Origin: Promethearchaeota archaeon
GTDB taxonomy: Archaea > Asgardarchaeota > Lokiarchaeia > Sigyniarchaeales > SOKP01
NCBI GenBank assembly: GCA_030603385.1
Contig: JAUVXW010000010.1
Location: 34,737 to 98,736 of the forward strand
DNA length: 64,000 bases
Direction: 5' to 3'
Part shown: positions 50,829-59,730 of the stretch, in pieces
Numbering within the stretch: the stretch's first letter is position 1
How the letters are laid out: every line of letters begins with the position of its first letter
Notes under the pieces: generated by a model
Told to the model about the DNA's origin: nothing
Databases searched by the model: none
Seen by the model: only the letters and a program-made list of their open reading frames with translations
Translations under genes and position numbers: made by a program

Positions 50829-51830
50829 ATGTCGATAGATCTTTTAGATAAATTTCAAGGGACATTAATTGGTGTTGCCATAGGTGATACTTTAGGCCAT
50901 CCATTTGAAGGGAAGCTTCGAGTCAAAATTTATTCCTATTTTAAAGATTTCAATGAGTTTATTCAAGAATATAGAGATATCTTTAAGACTTATACTGATG
51001 ATACCCAACTCACAATACATACAGCAAAAGCAATAATTCGAGGAAACGGATTCAACACATATAATTTTATTCAAGAATATGTTAGATGGTTGGATGATCC
51101 TCCAATTGGGCCTGGATATGGGTGTATATCCTCAATTAGAAGGTTAAAATATGGCGTGCCATGGAAAGAAGCAGCCTCAAATTCGGGTGGGAATGGGACT
51201 GTAATGAGAATAGCTCCGATAGGTTTATTTTATTGTCAAGACATAAAGGGATTAAAAACAACTGCAATTAAATCGAGTATAATTACTCATTCACATCCTG
51301 CGGCTTCAGCTGGTGCTGTTGTAATTGCTAGAGCGATTGCGTATTTAATTGAAAAAAGTCCAGAAACTGGTTTTTCTAAAGATAAGCTTTTTGAAGTTAT
51401 GATTTCTTCAATTTCTGGTTCCCAAGAAGATATTTGGGAAGAATTTATTAAAATTTTATATAAATTAAAAGATAATTTAGATATGCCAATTGAAGCTGGT
51501 TTGATTAAATTCTCTCAAGCGGGTGTTAAATCTCCTTATTTTATTGAAGAATATTTAGGTCAAGCTTTTGTGCATCCATATGCAATAAGCACCGTAATAT
51601 GTTCACTCTTTATCTTTTTAAATAGATTATCATCATTTGAAGATTGTATTTTTGAGCTTGCGACTGCGGGGGGGGATAGTGATACAGTTGGGGCAATAGG
51701 AGGGAGTTTAGCAGGAGCTTATTTTGGTATGAAAAATATTCCAAATGATCTGATAAAGCTGGTTAAGAATCATAAGAAAATCCTAAGATTAAGTGAAGAA
51801 CTTTACCGTAAATTTGAAAAACGGTTTTAA
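50829..51830 (+). CDS. ADP-ribosylglycohydrolase family protein
   Basis: GDTLG, TDDT, GNG.VMR, TH, GGDSDT. Confidence 0.92.
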   Translation: MSIDLLDKFQGTLIGVAIGDTLGHPFEGKLRVKIYSYFKDFNEFIQEYRDIFKTYTDDTQLTIHTAKAIIRGNGFNTYNFIQEYVRWLDDPPIGPGYGCISSIRRLKYGVPWKEAASNSGGNGTVMRIAPIGLFYCQDIKGLKTTAIKSSIITHSHPAASAGAVVIARAIAYLIEKSPETGFSKDKLFEVMISSISGSQEDIWEEFIKILYKLKDNLDMPIEAGLIKFSQAGVKSPYFIEEYLGQAFVHPYAISTVICSLFIFLNRLSSFEDCIFELATAGGDSDTVGAIGGSLAGAYFGMKNIPNDLIKLVKNHKKILRLSEELYRKFEKRF

Positions 51831-51844
51831 ATGAAAAAGTCAAT

Positions 51845-52414
51845 TTATTGTATACTAGTTTTCAATTGTTTTAAACAAGATGCACAAAATTTTACTGGCT
51901 TCTTGTCTGTATCTGTCAAGCTATTTGAAAATCGCATTACACAAACATTACGACAATGTTTTAAGCGAAATGTGTGCCCTAGTTCGTGGATAGCTTCTTT
52001 TAATATTCTTTCTTCAATTTCTCCCTTAGTTTCCCGTTTCCTATACATCATTCCGTGATCTCTGTAAAAATTTTCTGTAAGTCGTGCTGATGAAATTAAG
52101 GCAGCATAAGATCCTCTTTTAGCTATTCCAAAAACAAAGTTATAATTCTTAGAATAAATATCTTTTTCTAAAATTCCTAAGATTCTAAAGAACTTATTAT
52201 TTTTGGCTTTTCTAATTAACCTTTTTAATATTTTAGGAGCTTTATATTGTTCTCTCTTCGAATCATATTCAGAATATCTTAGTTTTATTCCTTCTTGAAG
52301 GATCTCAACATATAAATTAAATTCGTTAAACTCAACCTCTAAATTCTTCTTTAGACTACTTAATATTGATTGGGTTGACTCACCAACCTTTAATAAATAG
52401 ATAATTCTTTTCAT
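51845..52414 (-). CDS. Archaemetzincin-family zinc metalloprotease
   Basis: HELGHTFRLKHC...CVMRFS...FC..C. Confidence 0.9.
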   Translation of the reverse strand: MKRIIYLLKVGESTQSILSSLKKNLEVEFNEFNLYVEILQEGIKLRYSEYDSKREQYKAPKILKRLIRKAKNNKFFRILGILEKDIYSKNYNFVFGIAKRGSYAALISSARLTENFYRDHGMMYRKRETKGEIEERILKEAIHELGHTFRLKHCRNVCVMRFSNSLTDTDKKPVKFCASCLKQLKTSIQ

Positions 52415-52483
52415 TTTGAATTTAAACGCAAATTCATAGATACTAACTATTAAATAAATTAGTAACTTCTAAATTATTCTAAC

Positions 52484-52665
52484 TTAACTGAAGATAAAAA
52501 AAAGAAAATATTTAAACAATTTGGAAAAATTGAAAGATGTGGTCAAGGATGGGATATAGGAATTGAAAAATCGTAAAAATGCACGGAGGAGAAATTTGGG
52601 CTGAATTTGAAGGAAAAAATAAGGGCTTAAAATTTTGCTTTTCGCTTCCGATTTCTAAAGAATAA
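52484..52665 (+). pseudogene. Remnant of a histidine-kinase ATPase (HATPase_c) C-terminus
   Basis: LTEDKKKKIFKQFGKIERCGQGWDIGIE then a frameshift to KIVKMHGGEIWAEFEGKNKGLKFCFSLP*; the G2 box GxGLGL is missing. Confidence 0.7.
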
Positions 52666-52845
52666 TCTAATATTTTTAAAGGAAAAGTAAAAACCCTAAT
52701 TATTAACGGCAAAACTTTTTTAGAATATTAATTTTTCTTATCTATACCAATATTTAAATAAGATTACCTATTTAATTTTCAATTTATCTCTCTAATAAGA
52801 GAGGAATTGAATTAGAACGCTAATAAGAAAAGCCAGTTTCTCAAC

Positions 52846-52946
52846 GGGAGAGTGGTCTAGCTTGGTATGATACTGTAGGGTATTCTCTACAGCATGAATC
52901 TTGGTTTGGGACCAAGGGGCCGAGGGTTCGAATCCCTCCTCTCCCA
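52846..52946 (+). tRNA. trnP: tRNA-Pro(TGG) with 27-nt BHB intron at position 25/26 (52872-52898)
   Basis: Acceptor GGGAGAG/CTCTCCC+A, anticodon arm CTTGG-TT TGG GA-CCAAG, T arm GAGGG-TTCGAAT-CCCTC; BHB TATG/CATG with bulges ATA/AAT; CCA not encoded. Confidence 0.95.
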
Positions 52947-53003
52947 TTTTTAAATAAAAGGCTAGTTCAATTAGAGTTAATAAACAAAATGATAGAAATA
53001 ATT

Positions 53004-53297
53004 CTAAGTATTAACTAATTCCTCTAATTCTGATGAATCCTCCGAGTTAAAATAAATATCAGGTATTAAATCTTGTATTGTAGAAAATAATGACAGTATT
53101 ATCCCAGGATTTTCTGAAGAAACTATATAATATCTCATAATTCTACTTATTCTTGAAATTTTAATTTTATCTTTGAAGAATCTAAATAATTGTTGGACAT
53201 TATCATCAAAATCCTTATTTTTTTGAATCCAAGCAACCAACCTTTTCCTTTTATTCTTTTTAACCTTTAATTTCAATTTCATTTTGGGCCCCATCAA
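53004..53297 (-). CDS. Hypothetical protein
   Basis: 97-aa ORF, basic N-terminus. Confidence 0.55.
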   Translation of the reverse strand: MMGPKMKLKLKVKKNKRKRLVAWIQKNKDFDDNVQQLFRFFKDKIKISRISRIMRYYIVSSENPGIILSLFSTIQDLIPDIYFNSEDSSELEELVNT

Positions 53298-53447
53298 TTT
53301 TAACTTTGATATGAATTTATTAGATTTAATTTAATTATAATCAAATCTATTTAAACAAGGAGATTTTTAGGTTAAAAATAGATAGGATAAGAAAATACCT
53401 AAAAAAATGCTTTTAATAACTATTTTGACCATTTATAATCAGAAATT

Positions 53448-54527
53448 TTATTTGTTCTGATTTAAAATTTTGTTTAATTCTCTTCTGATTTTTTCAGTTT
53501 TTTCATCTTTAATCCAGTACCGGATTTTTGAAGACTTAAGGAGTGTTTGTACTTTTTCATTAAGTTCAATTAATTTTTTTCGGTCTTCCTTAGATAATTG
53601 AGGGACTTCTTCTGCAATCTTTTCCTTTATTCTTTTAACTTCCTCTTCAATAATCGGAATTGAAATTTGCTCTTTTCCAGTAATTAATCTTTTGCGAAAT
53701 ATTTCTTTAATATTTTTTATCCAACCTTCGATCCATGGATAATTGCCTACTTTTTCCGGATCGTTAATTAATATTTCTTTCCGTTCAACTATTATCAGGT
53801 CATCAGGACAAGAATTTTCACAAGCGCCACAATAGAAGCATTCATCTTCGTTGCACGCAATTTTCCCATATTTTTTTACATCCACTGCTTTTTCCGGGAT
53901 AAAAAAAGATTCTGTGGGGCATATATTAACACAAGCTTTGCAGCCTTGAGGATCACACTTATGTAGCATATTTTTTTTTATTATAACTTCTCCTTTTAAT
54001 GGAGAATCTATTGAGAAACAATGAGTTGGACATTCTTTTTCGATTTTAAAATAATTCTGTATCTGATTTCTGTCTCTTACTTTTAAACATAAAAGACATA
54101 CATCATTTTTTTTGTCCTCGATGCATTTATTCATATCAATTTTAAAAAATTTACCAATTGATGGATACTGTTCTAAATCTATTTGTCCCTCAGGCTCAAT
54201 ACTCTCATGAAACGCATCATTTGGACATATAACAGCACAAAGCATACAATAACAACATTTCTCATAATCAATTAAGATTTTTGGATTAGAATCATCTAGA
54301 ATTTCTTGAGCAATCTCAGGAATCGGTCCAAGTTCAATAGCATCTGTTGGACATATTAATTTGCATAAAGAACATCCTATACATTTCTTTATGTCATATA
54401 CAAGCTTTTTGTCTACATTTTGATATTTCCATGTAAGAATCAATTGATCTGGGACAATTTCTATATCTTTAATAATCTCTTCTTCTTTTTCTTCTTGATC
54501 TTTATCATCTGGAGAGACTTTAGAAAT
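53448..54527 (-). CDS. Polyferredoxin-like 4Fe-4S protein (FwdF-like); possible ATT start at 54527, TTG at 54443
   Basis: Multiple CxxCxxCxxxCP motifs. Confidence 0.85.
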   Translation of the reverse strand: MSKVSPDDKDQEEKEEEIIKDIEIVPDQLILTWKYQNVDKKLVYDIKKCIGCSLCKLICPTDAIELGPIPEIAQEILDDSNPKILIDYEKCCYCMLCAVICPNDAFHESIEPEGQIDLEQYPSIGKFFKIDMNKCIEDKKNDVCLLCLKVRDRNQIQNYFKIEKECPTHCFSIDSPLKGEVIIKKNMLHKCDPQGCKACVNICPTESFFIPEKAVDVKKYGKIACNEDECFYCGACENSCPDDLIIVERKEILINDPEKVGNYPWIEGWIKNIKEIFRKRLITGKEQISIPIIEEEVKRIKEKIAEEVPQLSKEDRKKLIELNEKVQTLLKSSKIRYWIKDEKTEKIRRELNKILNQNK

Positions 54528-54861
54528 TTTAAATCATCAACTCACTGAAAGTACTTTGTAGTAAAAGTTTTATTTTGAAGCTTATAAATAAGATATAATT
54601 TTAATAATAAAATAATGGTTTCTTATTTTCGTGTAGAAATCCAATTTAAAAAAATTTTCTATAATAATTTTTAAGAAATTTATGTAATAGATTATAACAT
54701 TTTTGTAATTAGATAATAATAAATATAATAATTTCTGTACTTGATTTGCATATACAGTTTTATAAAAATGGTATTTCAAATAAGTTTAGGTTGAGTGTAG
54801 AAGCAGTAAAGCCTTTCTTTAAGATACTAACAGATTTTATTTGATTCAGGAGGCGTTCTAA

Positions 54862-55242
54862 ATAATAAAAATTTTCATTGCCGAGGATGACAGAGATCTT
54901 CAAAGGTTATATGAATTACTTCTAGATATGTCAGGATTTCAAGTATTAGGAATTGCAAATAATGGAGATGAGGCAATTGAAATGTTTAAGAATTTTAATG
55001 AAAAACCTGATATTATTATTTTAGATTATAGAATGCCCATAAGGAATGGAATTGATGCTTTAAAAGCCATCTTAGAAATTGATAAAAGCTCAAGGATTAT
55101 CTTCGCAAGTGCAGATAGGACTATAAAAGAGAAAGTTTATCTTCACGGGGCAATAGGATTTTTAGATAAACCCTTTACACACAAGAAATTAGTAACTACA
55201 CTGAACGATTGTTTAGATATGTCAAAACCAATTAATATTTAA
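54862..55242 (+). CDS. Single-domain response regulator (receiver); likely ATA start at 54862
   Basis: KIFIAEDD upstream of the first ATG, ILDYRMP..NG, KPF; AGGAGG 8 nt before the ATA. Confidence 0.88.
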   Translation: MIKIFIAEDDRDLQRLYELLLDMSGFQVLGIANNGDEAIEMFKNFNEKPDIIILDYRMPIRNGIDALKAILEIDKSSRIIFASADRTIKEKVYLHGAIGFLDKPFTHKKLVTTLNDCLDMSKPINI

Positions 55243-55324
55243 AATAAATATAATAAACTTTCTTAATACAACAACTTAAATAAGGTATTGCTCTGATTAT
55301 GAACCTATATAATATTATTTAAAA

Positions 55325-55834
55325 TTATGAATAATAATCATAGCTTTCTTGATCAAAATCATAAATATATTCTATTGGTATACCATCAGGTTGAAGATCT
55401 GGAGGAGCATAAATTAACCTTAAATTAGGAAAATAAGTTCCGATCCCTTTTCTTGCAAGTAAAACAGCAGGATGATCGGCATCCTTAAATATTTCTTCAC
55501 TTATTCTCAATGTAATATCCCTACACTGTTGTTCATTTAATACACCTAAAGAATGGACATACTCATGTAAAAGAATATGATAAGTGTACGCCCAAACAAT
55601 TTCATAAGGCTGTTGATCAAAGAGTATTTTTAAAGGTGTTTTATTCATAACAATATCAGTTCCTGGGGAAAAATGCATGCCACCTATAAACCCGCCTCTA
55701 TACATCCCCATTTCGACTAATCCTAAAGTAAGACCCGCTCTTTGGCGCCCAGTTACTCTTCGAACATCTTTCTTTACTCGTTCGAAAATTTTTGGCATTT
55801 GTCTCTTTAGATCTTCAAGATTTATTTTAATCAC
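55325..55834 (-). CDS. Zincin-like metallopeptidase
   Basis: HILLHEYVHSLG HExxH motif. Confidence 0.75.
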   Translation of the reverse strand: MIKINLEDLKRQMPKIFERVKKDVRRVTGRQRAGLTLGLVEMGMYRGGFIGGMHFSPGTDIVMNKTPLKILFDQQPYEIVWAYTYHILLHEYVHSLGVLNEQQCRDITLRISEEIFKDADHPAVLLARKGIGTYFPNLRLIYAPPDLQPDGIPIEYIYDFDQESYDYYS

Positions 55835-55857
55835 GCCGCTAAACTTGTATTTTATTT

Positions 55858-56643
55858 CTATATATCAAAAAACCAATCATTCTCATCTTCCCTTAGAAAA
55901 TCCATCATGCTGGTTAAATCCCTAAGCAAATGTCGAATAGTTACTTTTGTCATATCTCTGCGAATAGGTCCCATCTCTGAGAAGAACATATCATCTAATA
56001 ATTTATCGATATTTATTTTTTTAAAATATCTAGCAGGATTGTAAAAAAGCGTGTAAAAAATTTCTTTTTCTAGATTGGGTTGTTCTTTAGTTTTAAGATT
56101 CTCATCATACTGTTCTGACATTAAGTTTTTTAGCTCAATAATAAAGCATTCTTTATTATGCAATAAAGCATTCCTTTCTTTCTCTAAAATGTTTGTTTTT
56201 TGCTCTATTTCTTTTATTTTCTCCCCGATAAATCTGAATTTTAAATTGGAAGTTTTGATCTTTTGATAATCAACATGACATCCTGTATTTCTGAGCTCTA
56301 AATTTTCTCTATTATTATCAACTTTGGATACATTATAATTTATACTGTAGTAATCTGGTGTGATATTTATTCTTAAAGATAGATTGCTCTTAATTCGATA
56401 TTTAATATTCCTTGGATCCTCACCATGGCTTTCTAATATACCATATCCTGAGAGCATTTTAAGTTGAGAGTGAATTGCCTGCCTTGATATCTTTTTTCCG
56501 AATGAAGCTGCTAACTCGGAAGCTCCAAGAGGAACTTTCGCCAACTTCGATAAAATAATCCTTCGTGTTGGATTACCTAATATTTCAAGTAAATTATCCA
56601 AACTAAGAAATAAATCCATTCCTTTTTGTTCTTCCACTTCCAT
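55858..56643 (-). CDS. ArsR-type wHTH regulator with coiled coil (putative heat-shock regulator, Phr/HSR1-like)
   Basis: LEILGNPTRRIILSKL...ISRQAIHSQLKML..YGIL; downstream of hsp20-cdc48. Confidence 0.8.
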   Translation of the reverse strand: MEVEEQKGMDLFLSLDNLLEILGNPTRRIILSKLAKVPLGASELAASFGKKISRQAIHSQLKMLSGYGILESHGEDPRNIKYRIKSNLSLRINITPDYYSINYNVSKVDNNRENLELRNTGCHVDYQKIKTSNLKFRFIGEKIKEIEQKTNILEKERNALLHNKECFIIELKNLMSEQYDENLKTKEQPNLEKEIFYTLFYNPARYFKKINIDKLLDDMFFSEMGPIRRDMTKVTIRHLLRDLTSMMDFLREDENDWFFDI

Positions 56644-56693
56644 TAAGTTTACCCCTTTTTTTTATCTTTAGTTTCTCGATTATTAATATTTTT

Positions 56694-58919
56694 TTATCTA
56701 TACAATCCTTCTGAGGGTTCTTTTGAATATATTTCATGAGATTTTTTCGCTTTATCAGCAGATTTTAATATTTTTGCCAGAGCATCATCGAATTCAGCAC
56801 GAGAGATTTTTACATTTCTCACGGAGTCAGCATCTTGAGTATTGATCTTGGAATCTAATACAGCCTTACGAATTGTTAGAAGTGTTGCTTCTTCACATAT
56901 TGCCTGGATGTCAGCACCAGTATAATTTTCTATATCTTGTGCCATTTTATTTATATCCACATCAGAAGCCAGTGGTTTATTTCTAAGATGAATTTTAAAT
57001 ATCTCCACTCGTGCATCTTTATCTGGCATCGGTATATCTATATGTCTTCCAAACCTTCCTGAACGTAATAGAGCAGGATCAAGCATATCAGGTCTGTTGG
57101 TTGCTGCGAGTAAAATAACATCTTTTAATCCTTCTAAACCATCCATCTCTGTTAACAATTGCGATACAACTTGCTCAGTTACTTGAGAGCCAGCAAATCT
57201 TCCGCGAATTCCGGCGATAGCATCGATTTCATCAAAAAATATGATACAAGGAGCTGTTGTTCTCGCCTTTCGAAATGTTTCTCTAACAGCTTTTTCGCTT
57301 TCACCAACCCATTTTGATAAAAACTCAGGACCTTTAACAGAAATGAAATTTATCTCACTTTCATGAGCTAAAGCTTTTGCCAATAATGTCTTTCCTGTTC
57401 CAGGAGGTCCTAATAATAGGATCCCATTTGGAGGTTTTGAATTTAAATGAGTATACAATTCAGGGTACTTAAACGGCCATTCAATTACCTCTTTTAGCTG
57501 CTGTATAGCTTCTTCCAAACCACCAATATCTTCCCATGTCTCAGTAGGTTGACTTATTAATACTTCTCTTAAAGCTGAAGGCTCGATACTATTTAATGCA
57601 GTTTGAAAATCTTTCATATAAATTTGAAGATCCATTAGTATTTCAGGTGGAATTGGTTTATCTAAATCAATTTTTGGCAATATTTCTCTTATTGCTAACA
57701 TTGCAGCTTCTTTTGCTAATGATTCAACATCTGCACCAACAAAACCATGCGTTTTTTCAGCCATAAGACGTAGATCAACATCGTTATGTAAGGGCATACC
57801 ACGAGTATGAATTAATAAGACTTCATACCTACCATTTGTATCTGGAACTCCAATTTCAATTTCTCTATCAAATCTACCGGGACGTCGAAGTGCCGGATCA
57901 ATATCATTTACTCGGTTTGTTGCACCAATAACAATAATTTCTCCTCTTCCTTCTAAGCCATCTAATAATGAAAGTAACTGAGCAACGACTCTTCTTTCTA
58001 CTTCACCGGTGACTTCTCCTCTCTTAGGCGCGATTGAATCAAGTTCATCGATAAAGATTATTGAAGGTGCCATATCTTTCGCTTCTTCAAACAATTTTCT
58101 TAAATTTTCTTCACTTTGACCGTAAAATTTACTCATAATTTCGGGTCCACTTATTGTTATAAAATGAGCTTCAGTTTCATATGCAACTGCTCTCGCAAGT
58201 AAAGTTTTTCCTGTACCAGGTGGACCATGAAGTAAAACGCCTTTTGGTGGATCAATTCCTATACGTTTAAATAATTCAGGATGTCTTATAGGTAATTCAA
58301 TCATTTCACGTATTTTTTGAATTTCTTCTTCTAAACCACCAATATCTTCATAGGTTACTCTTCTACTTTCTAATTCTTCTAATTCTTTGTGAGTTTTCTC
58401 AGAAATCGTTATTTTAGTTTCTAAATGAATTCTAACTGCTGCAGCTTTAGGAGCGAAATCAACTACTATAAAATCAATCCTTCTACCCATCGTATTAAAA
58501 CTTAATATATCACCCTTAGTAATAACACGATTTTCTAGCATTCGAACTAATTGTTCAGATCTCCTTAAGATGACAGACTCTTCTACCCCAGCAAACGTTA
58601 TTCTATCAGCTAAACTAGCATCAATTTTCTTTATTTCTACAATATCATCTAAAGATGCACCTAAATTCCTTCTTAATGAAGAATCTATTCGGATTGAATT
58701 AGAGCCTCTATCTTCATCTTTCCCGGGGTATAATAGCGCGGCAGTTTTTTTTCCCGCTATAGACTGAGCAATTTCAATAACGTCTCCGGTTTTGAGATTC
58801 ATTTCCACAATTAAATCAGGATCAATTCTTATCCTACCTCTCCCTGCATCACCCTTATACGCATCTTTAATTCTTACTTTTCTTCCATTTCCCCTATATT
58901 CGCGAGTTATTTCGCTCAT
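56694..58919 (-). CDS. cdc48: CDC48/VCP-family AAA+ ATPase
   Basis: N domain [10 protein letters not shown]; two AAA modules [22 protein letters not shown]. Confidence 0.96.
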   Translation of the reverse strand: MSEITREYRGNGRKVRIKDAYKGDAGRGRIRIDPDLIVEMNLKTGDVIEIAQSIAGKKTAALLYPGKDEDRGSNSIRIDSSLRRNLGASLDDIVEIKKIDASLADRITFAGVEESVILRRSEQLVRMLENRVITKGDILSFNTMGRRIDFIVVDFAPKAAAVRIHLETKITISEKTHKELEELESRRVTYEDIGGLEEEIQKIREMIELPIRHPELFKRIGIDPPKGVLLHGPPGTGKTLLARAVAYETEAHFITISGPEIMSKFYGQSEENLRKLFEEAKDMAPSIIFIDELDSIAPKRGEVTGEVERRVVAQLLSLLDGLEGRGEIIVIGATNRVNDIDPALRRPGRFDREIEIGVPDTNGRYEVLLIHTRGMPLHNDVDLRLMAEKTHGFVGADVESLAKEAAMLAIREILPKIDLDKPIPPEILMDLQIYMKDFQTALNSIEPSALREVLISQPTETWEDIGGLEEAIQQLKEVIEWPFKYPELYTHLNSKPPNGILLLGPPGTGKTLLAKALAHESEINFISVKGPEFLSKWVGESEKAVRETFRKARTTAPCIIFFDEIDAIAGIRGRFAGSQVTEQVVSQLLTEMDGLEGLKDVILLAATNRPDMLDPALLRSGRFGRHIDIPMPDKDARVEIFKIHLRNKPLASDVDINKMAQDIENYTGADIQAICEEATLLTIRKAVLDSKINTQDADSVRNVKISRAEFDDALAKILKSADKAKKSHEIYSKEPSEGLYR

Positions 58920-58981
58920 ACTTTTATCAACACTTTATTTTTTGATTTTATCTCTATTTCAAATATAATAATAATATAAAA

Positions 58982-59605
58982 TTATTTAACTGCTTCGCTT
59001 ACCTTTATTATTGCTATGCCATTATTAACTTCTGTTTCACATTCTGTTTCTGAAGACTTAAAAGGTAAATTTATAGATTTCATAAACTTACGCTTTTTAT
59101 TTTCTGCTATAAATATTAATTTTCTTCCCTTATCTTCAAATCTAATATTGACATTAGATTTATCCATTCCTGGAATTTCAATCAAAATTTCGGAAAAACC
59201 TTCATTATCACAGATTTCAGCATATGGTTCCAAAATATAAGTTCCAACATCTGCTTCCTTCTTCAGAGAAGTTTCCAATGAAAGCTTACTAGCATCAATT
59301 TCTTTCTTGGATGGTGAATTATATAAATCTTTTAATTTAGGAACCTTGGACAAATCAACATTGCTTAGATATTCACGTATATTTTTATTATCAAGATTAC
59401 CTTCAACTTTTATCTTTGGTTTGTCCATTCCTGGCTCATAATGGTATGATATCTTAAAACCCTTAATCCTCTCATAATTGGGTTTCTTTTCTAAATATCT
59501 ATCTGACTCTGGAACAAATAAAAAATCCACGTCAAACATATCAGAATCTAATTTAAAGTATCTCTTTATCCTATCAATAAAATCATCAAAATCATCCCTC
59601 ATCAT
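58982..59605 (-). CDS. hsp20: Small heat-shock protein (Hsp20/alpha-crystallin)
   Basis: EPYAEI...IEIPGMDK...INLP...NNGIAIIKV. Confidence 0.8.
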   Translation of the reverse strand: MMRDDFDDFIDRIKRYFKLDSDMFDVDFLFVPESDRYLEKKPNYERIKGFKISYHYEPGMDKPKIKVEGNLDNKNIREYLSNVDLSKVPKLKDLYNSPSKKEIDASKLSLETSLKKEADVGTYILEPYAEICDNEGFSEILIEIPGMDKSNVNIRFEDKGRKLIFIAENKKRKFMKSINLPFKSSETECETEVNNGIAIIKVSEAVK

Positions 59606-59628
59606 TTACCACCTTAATTTTTTGAAAC

Positions 59629-59680
59629 GTCAATTTTGTCTTGACAAGCTCATATTACAAATGCCATTTGATCTATAAAA
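59629..59680 (-). promoter_or_regulatory. Putative promoter (TTTTATA) and GTCAA-N7-TTGAC operator of the hsp20-cdc48 operon
   Basis: TATA-like element on the minus strand at 59674-59680; inverted repeat at 59629-59645 near the expected transcription start. Confidence 0.45.
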
Positions 59681-59730
59681 ACCTATCGATTCTGAAAAAT
59701 AAGGAAGGAAGGCACCAGATATTAGTTTCA

